From assembly GCA_016187745.1 (NCBI GenBank), contig JACPJC010000006.1, forward strand, positions 1 to 64,000: a stretch of 64,000 bases of DNA. The letters are read 5' to 3'. How positions within the stretch are numbered: position 1 is the stretch's first letter; each line of letters begins with the position of its first letter. Below, in pieces: positions 9,520 to 18,766 of this stretch. Source of the DNA: Candidatus Iainarchaeum sp. (GTDB taxonomy: Archaea > Iainarchaeota > Iainarchaeia > Iainarchaeales > JAXPJC01). The position numbers were made by a program, and so were the translations under genes. The notes under the pieces are model-generated. The model did not search any database and was not told where the DNA came from. It was given only the letters and a program-made list of their open reading frames with translations.

Positions 9520-10669
9520 GCGCCTCTCTATCACTTACTTTTCCCCATTTACCCAATATTTCAGGCACATAATTGCCATTAACAATCAGGGGCCTGTTAT
9601 CCGCATAAACATTTGCATTTGGGATTGTCATGTCTATGTGCGTTTTGCTTGAATAGTTTGCGTGCGTATCGTGCTGCAGCGGATCGCCAAATGCAATGGC
9701 AATAATCCTTTTTTCATCAACCAGCGTTGAAGGGATTTTAAGCTCCGGCAGGAAGACATTTGTGGGAAGTGAAAATTCCCCGATTCTTGTTGCGTTTTTC
9801 TCATGCATTTTCTTCATGAATTCTGCATAAATCCGCCTGTCCGCGCACTTTACGCTCTCAAGAACTGCGTGCCCATTCCTTATTTCAATGCTCATTGGCG
9901 ACTTTCCTGCATTTACCGAATTGAACAGGTCAATTACTCCGTTGAAGACAACCCTGCCGTTTGCATTGAATGGCGCAGTGAAGACTTCACCTGCGGGGTT
10001 GTTTGTATAGGAACCTTCTTTCACTACATCCGCATCAGGAAACCAGCGCGCATATTGGGGATTGAATTCAATCGTGAGATTTGTGCCTGCTGCGGAGGCT
10101 ATTTTCATTGTGCGGCAATTTTTGACAGATTCGTAAACAACTTGTGTAAGGCGCCTCATGCGCTCCGGCCTCACTGCAAGCACACGCTTTATGAGTTCGG
10201 GGCTTAATTCGCCTAAACTTATGTGCCTTGTGAGTTTTTCCTCCTGTATTTTCTTTACAAGGTAATCCCCCACTCTTTCTGTTTCCAGCGTGCCTGCCGA
10301 CCCAAGATATACGCTTGCTTCAGAGGACCTGAGCGCATTTGTTATTGTTGACAAATACTCCCCCCTTAGCCAGTCATGCTGCGGGGTCAGTTCAATTATC
10401 TGCGCCTTGCAGCCAATGCTTCTTATTTTCTCTGAAAGCGCCTCTGCAAATGCCCTTGCCCCCCTGTCTGGAAATATCGCAACCCTTTCATCCGGCTTCA
10501 GCAGCATTGAATTTGTGAAGTTTCTTGCCGCAGGCCTCATGTAGGGCTGAACAATTATGCGGGGCTTCTTGTAGGGGATTCTTGAAACTTTAGCTACCCT
10601 CTTCCTTGCCTTTACCGAGAATCTGCGCCCTGCGCGCCCTGAGAAATTAGGATTGCCGAAAGAAGCCAC
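9482..10669 (-). CDS. M29-family (AmpT-like) aminopeptidase homolog
   Basis: GTNL, N.PAGEVFTAP, IGEF, DEK, S.THID; basic N-terminal extension; overlaps the convergent gene. Confidence 0.75.
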   Translation of the reverse strand: MASFGNPNFSGRAGRRFSVKARKRVAKVSRIPYKKPRIIVQPYMRPAARNFTNSMLLKPDERVAIFPDRGARAFAEALSEKIRSIGCKAQIIELTPQHDWLRGEYLSTITNALRSSEASVYLGSAGTLETERVGDYLVKKIQEEKLTRHISLGELSPELIKRVLAVRPERMRRLTQVVYESVKNCRTMKIASAAGTNLTIEFNPQYARWFPDADVVKEGSYTNNPAGEVFTAPFNANGRVVFNGVIDLFNSVNAGKSPMSIEIRNGHAVLESVKCADRRIYAEFMKKMHEKNATRIGEFSLPTNVFLPELKIPSTLVDEKRIIAIAFGDPLQHDTHANYSSKTHIDMTIPNANVYADNRPLIVNGNYVPEILGKWGKVSDREALTFLQEWQKRNL

Positions 10670-10768
10670 AGGTAATATTTGTTGCGCGCTATATAAATTG
10701 CTTTTGTTTTTCGGATATCAACTAATAGCGAATAAATAAAACCCTTTCTTTTGTAGATTATTAAAGAG

Positions 10769-10840
10769 GCCCTGGTAGTCTATCGGCTAGGATGCGGCCC
10801 TGTCGAGGCTGCGAGGCGGGTCCGACTCCCGCCCAGGGCG
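10769..10840 (+). tRNA. tRNA-Asp(GTC)
   Basis: GCCCTGG/CCAGGGC; CGGCC-CTGTCGA-GGCTG; T arm GCGGG-TCCGACT-CCCGC. Confidence 0.9.
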
Positions 10841-10906
10841 CTTTTCTTTTTTTTGCTGACCCATAAACATTAATCTTTTAATACTATAGCTACTTATATA
10901 GTTGTT

Positions 10907-11125
10907 ATGGAAACAACTATCCAGGTAAGCAAGGATCTGCGCGAGACCCTGCAGAAAAGGAAGCTGGCGGAAAAGGAAAGTTATGAGGAAGTCATATGGG
11001 ACCTGATAGAGGACGCTATGGAAATTTCAGAAGAAACAAAGAAGGAAATTGAAGAGGCAAGGGAAGAGTTCAGAAAAGGGAAAGTAAAGCCCCTTTCACA
11101 GGTAAAAAGGGATTTGGGGCTCTGA
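10907..11125 (+). CDS. RelB-like antitoxin
   Basis: TTIQVS...ESYEEVI...GKVKPL..VK..LGL; directly upstream of RelE. Confidence 0.8.
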   Translation: METTIQVSKDLRETLQKRKLAEKESYEEVIWDLIEDAMEISEETKKEIEEAREEFRKGKVKPLSQVKRDLGL

Positions 11126-11374
11126 ATGTACGATGTCCTATTTACAGAAAAGGCCGAAAGGCAATTGAGAAAATTGGAGAAGCATGTCCGGGAAAGGATT
11201 ATTTCTGCATTGGAAAGGGCAAGGATAAGGCCTGAGGCGCATTTTCAGAAACTTGTCGGAGACAAGGCATACAAGCTAAGGGCAGGCGATTACAGGATAA
11301 TAGCTGACATACTGAGAGACAAACTTGTAATTCTGGTCCTTAAAGCCGGGCACAGAAGGAATATTTACAAATGA
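11126..11374 (+). CDS. relE: RelE/ParE-family toxin
   Basis: YKLRAGDYRII...GHRRNIY. Confidence 0.9.
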   Translation: MYDVLFTEKAERQLRKLEKHVRERIISALERARIRPEAHFQKLVGDKAYKLRAGDYRIIADILRDKLVILVLKAGHRRNIYK

Positions 11375-11383
11375 ATTTTCTAA

Positions 11384-11863
11384 TCAGGGATTCAGCACCA
11401 CTATGCTGAAATTGAGGACTGCCGCAAGGCTTACCCAGAGGAGATATGGAACAAGAATTAGCGCGGCGCGCTTTGAGATTTTTGAGAATGTGATTATTGT
11501 TGCTGCAATTGCAAGCCAGAGGGCAATTATTTCCACGAACGCGTAAAGCGGGGATTTAAGCCCGAAGAACAAAAATGACCAAAACGCATTCAGGACTAAT
11601 TGCGCCGCAAACGCTGAAACCGCAATTTTTGCATTTCTGCCTTTGATTCCGTTTTTTATTACAAAATAAAGCGCAATCCCCATCAGGAAATAAAGTGCAG
11701 TCCACGCGGGAGCGAAGACCCAGTTCGGTGGGCTGAAAAACGGCTTCTGCAATGAGGCATACCATGTTGCAATCGCAGGGAACGTAAAAATGCCCCCAAT
11801 TGCTCCCGCAAACCCGCAGAGCGCAATGCAGGCTATCAGCTTTGCAATATTGCCGGGTTTCAT
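11384..11863 (-). CDS. tspO: TspO/MBR family membrane protein
   Basis: WY..L.KP.F.PPNWVF.P.WT.LY; LN..WS.LFFG; PYL.W. Confidence 0.92.
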   Translation of the reverse strand: MKPGNIAKLIACIALCGFAGAIGGIFTFPAIATWYASLQKPFFSPPNWVFAPAWTALYFLMGIALYFVIKNGIKGRNAKIAVSAFAAQLVLNAFWSFLFFGLKSPLYAFVEIIALWLAIAATIITFSKISKRAALILVPYLLWVSLAAVLNFSIVVLNP

Positions 11864-11905
11864 TAAGGTATATTAAAACGTGCAAATATTTAATTATTGG
11901 GCTTT

Positions 11906-11977
11906 GCCCCGGTAGTGTAATGGACAGCATAAGGGCCTCCGGAGCCTTTAGTCAGGGTTCGATTCCCTGCCGGGGCG
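11906..11977 (+). tRNA. tRNA-Arg(CCG)
   Basis: GCCCCGG/CCGGGGC; AGGGC-CTCCGGA-GCCTT; CAGGG-TTCGATT-CCCTG. Confidence 0.93.
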
Positions 11978-12073
11978 TTGGGAAGGTTTCCCTGCAATTG
12001 TATCTTTGCGGCGCATATTGGCAGTGCCTCGCAAGCACAATCCTTTTATTTATTTAGTATCATAATCAAATTA

Positions 12074-12505
12074 ATGCTAGAAAAAATATCGCCCTGGTGG
12101 AAAAAGGCATATGGGGAATACAGGAAAAATAACCCTTTTCGATCATCGCCTGAAGAAATTGCAATGCGGAAGAGGGCGCTGCATTTTTTCAGTGTAAGGA
12201 AGGCGGCTGAAAAGCGGCCAAGCCAGCTGAGGCAAATTAAAGAAATTCCGATTATGTGGAGCAAGAGGGGAAATGGCTATTCTGTCGGGCTTAAACAAGA
12301 AGGTTATTCTACGGAGTATGAAGTTAGATTTAAACTTACTCCTGATAAAACAATTGATTTAAACTCCATTGAAATGGAAAAACACCTGATGCCTTGGGAG
12401 GCAGTACTGGAAAAGGATCCTAAAGTTCCACTTAATGAAAACAAAAGAACTTTGATTGCGAAGATTTTAGGAGAAGACAGATATGTCCTTCCAAGGGGAT
12501 TTTAG
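12074..12505 (+). CDS. Hypothetical basic protein
   Basis: 143-aa ORF after a TATA-like tttattta; no recognised motif. Confidence 0.55.
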   Translation: MLEKISPWWKKAYGEYRKNNPFRSSPEEIAMRKRALHFFSVRKAAEKRPSQLRQIKEIPIMWSKRGNGYSVGLKQEGYSTEYEVRFKLTPDKTIDLNSIEMEKHLMPWEAVLEKDPKVPLNENKRTLIAKILGEDRYVLPRGF

Positions 12506-12559
12506 CTGTTAAGGCAAATAATTTATACTACCTGAATCTATTAAATAAAGGGGAATGTC

Positions 12560-13009
12560 ATGGGATTGTTCAATTTTGGAATTGGCGGGATAGAACTTAG
12601 GCTTGAGAAATACGAATTTGCGCCCGGAGAGGCGATTAAAGGGCATGTTTCGCTGAAACTGAAAAAGCCGATAAAGGCGCGCAAACTGGGAATTGCGCTT
12701 CTTGGCTTGCAGGAAACCCATCAGCTGCGCTCTGGCCCGAGTCCAAGGCGGGAAAGCAATTATATTTTTAATTTTGAGAAGCCTTTGGATGGGGAAAAGG
12801 AATATCTGCAGGGGGAATATGATTTTGAGCTGAAGATTCCCGCAAATGTGCTTGAGGGATCTTATGGTTCAGGTGCGCTTGCTGCGGTTGCAAAAACTGC
12901 GCAGTTTCTTGGCGGGGCGCTTACAAACATTAAATGGTTTGTTGAGGCTTCTTTGGATATTCCAATGGGGCTTGATGTCAGAAAAAAAATTCAAATAAAT
13001 ATTGGATAA
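12560..13009 (+). CDS. SpoOM/arrestin-N-like Ig-fold protein
   Basis: L.K..F.PGE.IKG.V...Y.FE.KIP...W.VEA.LDIP..LDV. Confidence 0.65.
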   Translation: MGLFNFGIGGIELRLEKYEFAPGEAIKGHVSLKLKKPIKARKLGIALLGLQETHQLRSGPSPRRESNYIFNFEKPLDGEKEYLQGEYDFELKIPANVLEGSYGSGALAAVAKTAQFLGGALTNIKWFVEASLDIPMGLDVRKKIQINIG

Positions 13010-13020
13010 GGAGGCAGAAA

Positions 13021-13170
13021 ATGGTTAAATGCGCAAAATGCGGAACTGAAATGGGTTCTTTGCTGAGCAAGCTGCGAGGAATTGGGCCGAGCGCTAAAAA
13101 TCCGAAAATATGCAACAGGTGCGAATCCGATGCTGCGAAGCAGAAATGGCCGAGAAAAAGGGCAAAATAA
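13021..13170 (+). CDS. Small zinc-finger protein (49 aa, not in ORF track)
   Basis: MVKCAKCGTEMGSLLSKLRGIGPSAKNPKICNRCESDAAKQKWPRKRAK; AGGAGG RBS upstream. Confidence 0.7.
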   Translation: MVKCAKCGTEMGSLLSKLRGIGPSAKNPKICNRCESDAAKQKWPRKRAK

Positions 13171-13203
13171 AAATTTATTAAGCAGTTCTTCCTATTTAGC
13201 AGC

Positions 13204-13920
13204 ATGAAGCACGCCTTCCGCGCTTTCAGGAGCGAGCCGCACAGCAGGGCCGGGGGCAAGTTATATGAGGTAATCCTCGGCGGGCAGGACGGGATGGTCA
13301 ATGTCCTGGGGCTTATTCTGGGCGTGGCAAGCGCGACTGCGGATTTGAGGCTGATTCTAATTTCTGGGCTTGCTGCAACATTTGCGGAGAGCGTTTCAAT
13401 GGCAGCTGTCGCATATACTTCAACGAAAGCAGAGGTTGATTACTATAAAAAAATTGAGGCGCAGGAAAAATGGGAAATGAAAAACAAAACAGAGGCTGAG
13501 AAAGAGGAGATAAGGGATATTTACAGAAAAAAGGGCTTCAGCGGGAAATTGCTGAATGCTGTTGCAAATAAAATCTTCTCAAATAAAAAAATATGGCTGC
13601 AGGACATGATGGTGCAGGAGCTGAATCTTCCGCCATTGCAGAAGAAGAATCCGCTGAGCTCTGCACTGATTGTCGGGGTTTCTGCAATAATTGGGAGTGT
13701 AATTCCGCTGATTCCATTTGTTCTTGGAATTCCGATTGCAGGCGCAATGGTTTCCGCAGTCATAATTTCCGCAATCGCGCTTTTTATCGCGGGCGCAATA
13801 GAATCGCGCTATACAATTGGAAATTGGAAGAAGAAGGGGGCTGAGCTCGCGCTTATCGGGATGGGCGCTGCCGTTGTGGGCTTCCTGATTGGAAAACTTC
13901 TTGGGAGCGCGGCTATTTAA
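13204..13920 (+). CDS. VIT1/CCC1 iron/manganese transporter
   Basis: LGGQDG.V..LG...G; AE..SMA...Y.S; E.EEI..IY..KG. Confidence 0.9.
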   Translation: MKHAFRAFRSEPHSRAGGKLYEVILGGQDGMVNVLGLILGVASATADLRLILISGLAATFAESVSMAAVAYTSTKAEVDYYKKIEAQEKWEMKNKTEAEKEEIRDIYRKKGFSGKLLNAVANKIFSNKKIWLQDMMVQELNLPPLQKKNPLSSALIVGVSAIIGSVIPLIPFVLGIPIAGAMVSAVIISAIALFIAGAIESRYTIGNWKKKGAELALIGMGAAVVGFLIGKLLGSAAI

Positions 13921-13940
13921 CGTATTGCGGCGGGTGCATA

Positions 13941-14304
13941 ATGCCAAAGAAAGCCTTGATTGTTGATGATAACAAGGAACGCCTGAGCCAGCTAAAAAAA
14001 GTGCTCGGCTCCAGAGGTCAGCTCTGAAAAGAGGGGCGAAAAAGTAGGGCTGATAATCACTGACCTTGATTTTGGGCGAAAAATATGGAATAAGCGCCAT
14101 TTTCTTGATGGGTTCAGGTTTGCGATGTGGTGCAGAAAAAAAGGGATAAACTCTAAAATTATCCTGCACTCAACCGCATTTGAAAGCCGTTTGTTGTCTT
14201 TTTTATTCAAGCCTGTAATAATGAACGCAAGAAAGAACAACATAATTGTGAGAAAAAAGGCGGACATGCTAAAACTGAAAACAAAAAAACAAATGAGATT
14301 TTGA
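13941..14304 (+). pseudogene. Frameshifted response-regulator receiver domain
   Basis: MPKKALIVDDN... stops at TGA 14025; +1 frame continues KVGLIITDLD...DGF.FA...IILHST to TGA 14302. Confidence 0.65.
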
Positions 14305-14310
14305 GGTTGT

Positions 14311-14976
14311 TTATTTTGCAACAAGCCTGAATTCTTCCGGCTTTAAGTAGCAATGCTCTTTTGTGTTCATAATTTTATATTTTGTAATTTCAATTTTCTT
14401 CTTGTAGAGTGGGGCGTCAAGCACTATTGTGTGGAATTCGCCGTTCTCCCCGCAAACATCTGTGCGGGTTTTTCCGCATGCGGATTTGAATTCCTGCAAA
14501 TTGCGCGCGGTTATTGTTTTGCCGACCCAGGATTTCTGCAGTTTTTCGGGAATTACGCAAGTGACCATCGGCATGAATTTTTTTGCTGCAAGCTCATTCA
14601 GGATTTTATTTGTTGGCATTCCCCAGAGCGGGGTGATTAATTCCAGGGGAAGGGGCTTAATCACCTTTTTCGTCCACTTCATTGCGGATTGGAGCCACAA
14701 ATCCCCGGTAACCAGCCCTTCAATCCGGTATTTCCCGATGAGCGTGCGGAGCGCTTTCCTGTAATCCTGCAGGTAGGGCTTGTTCGCATTGAAGAAGAAA
14801 TGCCTTATGCCGAGCGCCTTCGCCTGCAGCGCAATAAGCTTCTGCGGATGCGCCCTGAATTTCTTCCCGTCAAAGGTAATTGTGAGCAATGCAACAACTT
14901 CAATTCCTGATTCAATTGCCTTGTGCAGCGCAAGGTTTGAGTCCTTGCCCCCTGAGAACATCATTGCAGCGCGCAT
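14311..14976 (-). CDS. Diphthine--ammonia ligase family (Dph6/DUF71) PP-loop ATPase, second copy
   Basis: FSGGKDS.LA, QA.ALG, V.GD, PLW, D.CGENGEFHT.V.D.P. Confidence 0.88.
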   Translation of the reverse strand: MRAAMMFSGGKDSNLALHKAIESGIEVVALLTITFDGKKFRAHPQKLIALQAKALGIRHFFFNANKPYLQDYRKALRTLIGKYRIEGLVTGDLWLQSAMKWTKKVIKPLPLELITPLWGMPTNKILNELAAKKFMPMVTCVIPEKLQKSWVGKTITARNLQEFKSACGKTRTDVCGENGEFHTIVLDAPLYKKKIEITKYKIMNTKEHCYLKPEEFRLVAK

Positions 14977-15018
14977 AACTTTTATAATGGGTAGGAATAT
15001 AATCTTAAATGTGGTGCG

Positions 15019-15444
15019 ATGCAGTACAGGGAAGAAAACGGATTGGTAATTGCGCGCCTCTTTCCGGGGGAGGACCTTTTCAAGGCTACTGCGCAGGTTC
15101 TGCGCGAGCTTAAAATACAAACTGCGGTTGTGCTTTCGGGAATCGGAATGCTGAGGGATTTTGAGCTGAGCTATTTTATTGGAAAGGGGAATTATGGAAC
15201 TGAGAAATTCGGGAAGGCGCATGAGCTCTGCGCATTAAGCGGGCTGATATGCAAAAAGGAAATTGATGATTATTCATTCCACTTGCATGCGGTTCTTGCG
15301 GATGAGAATAAAAAGGCGATTGCCGGGCATCTTCCAAAGGGAACTGTTGAAGTTACGTGCGAGCTCGCGCTTCTGAAAAGCGGGATTGAGCTGAAGAGAA
15401 GGATTGAGGAAGGGAGCGGACTGAACGGGCTGTTTTTGGAATAA
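15019..15444 (+). CDS. PPC domain (DUF296) protein
   Basis: RL.PGEDL, SGIG.L, HLHAVL, GHL..G.V..T.E. Confidence 0.88.
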   Translation: MQYREENGLVIARLFPGEDLFKATAQVLRELKIQTAVVLSGIGMLRDFELSYFIGKGNYGTEKFGKAHELCALSGLICKKEIDDYSFHLHAVLADENKKAIAGHLPKGTVEVTCELALLKSGIELKRRIEEGSGLNGLFLE

Positions 15445-15478
15445 CTGTTTATAAATCTAATGAGGTTAGTATTTTGCA

Positions 15479-15988
15479 ATGCCTGGAAGGAAAATACTTT
15501 TTATTGGAATTCTGCTTATTGCGCTTTTTGTTCTGCTTATGGGCTGCGTGCAGGATGGGAATGGCACTGACACGAACAGCATTGCGCCAACTTCCATCAA
15601 GAGCTTTTCCAAAATGGAGAATGCGCAGGTTTGCATGGAGAATGGGAAGCCCGTTGTGAGGCTTTTCTCAACCACATGGTGCCCGCACTGCAAGTGGATA
15701 AAGGACGCGTTTGATTCGACCATGAAGGAATACACTGCACAGGGAAAAATCATTGCATACCACTGGGAGCTGGATACCGGGGATAACACGCTTACCCCTG
15801 AGGCTGAAGGCGCCGTGCCCGCTTCCGAATCCGCAATATACAAGCAGTTCAATCCCGAGGGAACTGTACCTACCTTTGTTTTCGGCTGCGAATACTACAG
15901 GATAGGGAATGCGTATGAATCGCAGAATGACTTGAAGGCGGAAATAGGGGAGTTCAAGGCGGTAATAGAGGAACTTCTGAAGGGATAA
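15479..15988 (+). CDS. Thioredoxin-like lipoprotein
   Basis: LLMGC lipobox; WCPHC; VPTFVFG. Confidence 0.85.
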   Translation: MPGRKILFIGILLIALFVLLMGCVQDGNGTDTNSIAPTSIKSFSKMENAQVCMENGKPVVRLFSTTWCPHCKWIKDAFDSTMKEYTAQGKIIAYHWELDTGDNTLTPEAEGAVPASESAIYKQFNPEGTVPTFVFGCEYYRIGNAYESQNDLKAEIGEFKAVIEELLKG

Positions 15989-16072
15989 GCATTAATTTGC
16001 CCTTTTTATATATTTCGGCGAAAGACGGAAAAATATAAATGTTTAAATATCTGTTTGTGCATAGAATATTGC

Positions 16073-16687
16073 ATGAAGCGGGCTTGTGAAATTATAGTAA
16101 AGGGAAACGTCCAAAAAACCGCATTCAGGCCATTCGTCAGGCAACTTGCAAAGAAATGCAGATTGTTCGGCAGTGTCGAGAATCTCAGCAATTATGATGA
16201 GGATGTTAGGATAATCTGCGAAGGCGCAGAGGCGCGTATGCAGAAGTTTTTGGGCAGGCTTAGAAATCCAAGCAAAGAAGACAGGGAAGAGACTTCTGCG
16301 GAAATAACAGGCATCCGGATAAAGCGCATTCCGCTTAGCGGGGAATTCGATAATTTTACAATAATAAGAAATGCAGATGAGGTTGCTGAAAGATTGGATG
16401 AGGGGCTGATAATCATGAGCAAGGGATTCAGGGCGCAGGAAAAATCTTTTGAGAGTTTAGGCGGAAAAATGGATAGGAACTTTGAATCGCTTGATAGAAG
16501 CGCAAATAAGAATTTTAAGTTACTTGGTAAAAACACAAATAAAAATTTCAAATCGCTTGGGGGCAGAATAGACAGTAATTTCAGCAGCCTGGACACAAAA
16601 TACGGCAGCATATCAGGCATTCTTGTCAGAATAAACAGGAATCTGGAGAGGCTTGTCAATTACCCGCGCCTAAAGGCGCGGGCCTGA
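16073..16687 (+). CDS. Acylphosphatase with C-terminal 11-aa repeat coiled coil
   Basis: G.VQ...FR, G.VEN, V.I.CEG; repeats FESLGGKMDRN/FESLDRSANKN/FKLLGKNTNKN/FKSLGGRIDSN. Confidence 0.8.
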   Translation: MKRACEIIVKGNVQKTAFRPFVRQLAKKCRLFGSVENLSNYDEDVRIICEGAEARMQKFLGRLRNPSKEDREETSAEITGIRIKRIPLSGEFDNFTIIRNADEVAERLDEGLIIMSKGFRAQEKSFESLGGKMDRNFESLDRSANKNFKLLGKNTNKNFKSLGGRIDSNFSSLDTKYGSISGILVRINRNLERLVNYPRLKARA

Positions 16688-17048
16688 ATGGCAATCAAAC
16701 AATAGAAAATAATTCATGCAAAACAAGCCTTTACCCCTGCTTGAAAGCAAGGGCTTCAACAATCTGGCAAATGAATAATAAGAAAAATATTTTCTTATGC
16801 CAGATTTTTTGCGGGCGCGGGTAATTGTGGGAAAATCATAGGCAATTCCCGGCAAAGGTTTGGAAAGCCCGCGGGGGAACCTTTAAATTCCTTTCTATTA
16901 TAAATTAATATAGTTCAATTGACTTAGCTAGCTATGTATGGCGATTTCTAAATCAGGGTGTGCATTTTGATAAAAAATTCCTCAGCATAGATAAACTTAA
17001 GCGCTAAACATAGCAACGGCTTTGAGTTTCCCCGGAGTTGTGTATTTG

Positions 17049-17282
17049 ATGCCTGTTGAAAAAGTTTCAATGCATTATCTTGTCCCCAAGCACGAGATTG
17101 TGCCGAGCGAGAAGGTGGATGAATTCCTCAGGAAATTCGGCGTAGAGAGGGATGCAATGCCGAAAATCCTAGAGAAGGATCCCGCGGCAATTGAGATTGG
17201 GGCAAAAAAAGGGGACATAATAAAAATAACCCGCGCTTCCCACACTGCGGGAGAAGCAGTCTATTTCAGGGCGGTGATTTGA
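17049..17282 (+). CDS. rpoH: RNA polymerase subunit H (Rpo5)
   Basis: H.LVPKHE, PKI...DP, GDIIKI.R.S.TAG. Confidence 0.96.
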   Translation: MPVEKVSMHYLVPKHEIVPSEKVDEFLRKFGVERDAMPKILEKDPAAIEIGAKKGDIIKITRASHTAGEAVYFRAVI

Positions 17283-18760
17283 TGAAGGGCGAAGCGCAGA
17301 GCGATTACTGGCCGCTGATTGATGCCTATTTCAGGAACAGGAATCTTGCGGAGCAGGAAATCGCAAGCTTCAACCAGTTCATTGAAAAGAAGCTCCATGA
17401 GATTGTCGAGGAAAACAGGATAATTTCCCCGAAGATTGAGGAAGTTAGGATTGAGCTAGGAAAGATTGAGGTTCTCAAGCCGAGGATTGTTGAAGCTGAT
17501 GGCAGCCCGAGAATACCTTTCCTTCCCGCGGAATCAAAGCTCAGGAACAGGACTTATGCGGGGCCGATAAATCTGGAAATGAAACTTCTGAGGAGAGATG
17601 TGGAGCAGGATGCGAAAAAAACAAACATAGGGGAAATGCCGATAATGGTGAAATCAAACCTCTGCTGGCTCAATGGGAAAAATCCGGAAGAACTGGTTGC
17701 AAGCGGGGAAGATCCACTTGATTTCGGGGGGTATTTCATAATAAACGGCTCGGAGAAAGTGCTCATGACGCAGGAAGTATTGGCAAGCGACAGGGTGATG
17801 ATTTCGGAATCCCTGGACAAGGTAACGGCCGAGGTAATCTCAACCAAGGGCGCTTTCAAGGGAAGGGTAAGGATAACACGCAACAATGACGGGATTTTGT
17901 ATGTGACATTCCCGGCGTCCCCGAGAAAATTAAGGCTGTTTGTGCTGATGCGCGCCCTTGGGCTGAAAAGCAGCTCGGACATAATGAATGCGTTCCCTGA
18001 GGAAATTGAAATCCACAATGATGTGCTTCTCAACCTTGAAAACACGCCGATAAAGAATGTTGAGGAAGCCCTTGACCGCATTGGAAAATACGTTGCGCCC
18101 GGCCAAGTAATAGATTACAGGCTGCGCAGGGCGCAGGAAGTAATTGACGCTTTCCTTTTGCCTCATATCGGCCAGAATCCCGAGAACAGGATTGCAAAGG
18201 CATATTACCTTGCAACAATGGCGACAAAGGCGGTTGAGCGCCATTACAAATTAAGGCCAGAGGATGACAGGGACCATTACGCAAACAAGCGCCTTGAGCT
18301 TTCGGGAAAACTGATGGAGCATTTGTTCAGGTATTCCTTCAAATATTTCATAAAGGACCTTAAATTCCAGATTGATCGCACTGTTACCAGAAGGCGCAAG
18401 CTGAACATTTCAACAATCGTAAGGCCGGGGGCGGTTTCAGAAAGGATTGGATTTGCGATGTCAACAGGAAACTGGATTGGAAGGTCAACAGGGGTAAGCA
18501 AGTTCATGGACCGCGTCAATTACCTTTCTCCACTAACGGATTTGAGAAAAGTAAAAAGCCCGTTGGACAAGAACCGCGAGCTTTATGAGGCGAGGGATGT
18601 GCATGGAACCCACTGGGGAAGGCTTGACCCAATAGAAACTCCTGATGGTCCGCAGTGCGGGCTGGTAAAAAATTTGTGCTTGCTTGCAGAGGTAACAACA
18701 GAAAGCGATGAGAAGGAAGTTGAGTCATTGCTGAGAAAAATGGATGTTAAATTCAAGTGA
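17282..18760 (+). CDS. rpoB2: RNA polymerase subunit B'' (Rpo2N)
   Basis: GGYFIINGSEKV, DHYANKRL, ETPDGPQCGLVKN. Confidence 0.97.
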   Translation: MKGEAQSDYWPLIDAYFRNRNLAEQEIASFNQFIEKKLHEIVEENRIISPKIEEVRIELGKIEVLKPRIVEADGSPRIPFLPAESKLRNRTYAGPINLEMKLLRRDVEQDAKKTNIGEMPIMVKSNLCWLNGKNPEELVASGEDPLDFGGYFIINGSEKVLMTQEVLASDRVMISESLDKVTAEVISTKGAFKGRVRITRNNDGILYVTFPASPRKLRLFVLMRALGLKSSSDIMNAFPEEIEIHNDVLLNLENTPIKNVEEALDRIGKYVAPGQVIDYRLRRAQEVIDAFLLPHIGQNPENRIAKAYYLATMATKAVERHYKLRPEDDRDHYANKRLELSGKLMEHLFRYSFKYFIKDLKFQIDRTVTRRRKLNISTIVRPGAVSERIGFAMSTGNWIGRSTGVSKFMDRVNYLSPLTDLRKVKSPLDKNRELYEARDVHGTHWGRLDPIETPDGPQCGLVKNLCLLAEVTTESDEKEVESLLRKMDVKFK

Positions 18761-18766
18761 TGGAAA

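Noticed and set aside
10821-10827. Atypical T-loops (TCCGACT in tRNA-Asp, TGCAAAT in tRNA-Tyr) as pseudo-tRNA signs
   Set aside because: All stems pair, so these are more likely tolerated variants
14025-14027. TGA in the REC gene as recoding or an alternative genetic code
   Set aside because: The continuation is in another frame, and TGA terminates many conserved genes here
14976-15222. N-terminal extension of the Dph6 ORF in the ORF track
   Set aside because: Overlaps the divergent DUF296 gene; homology starts at ATG 14976
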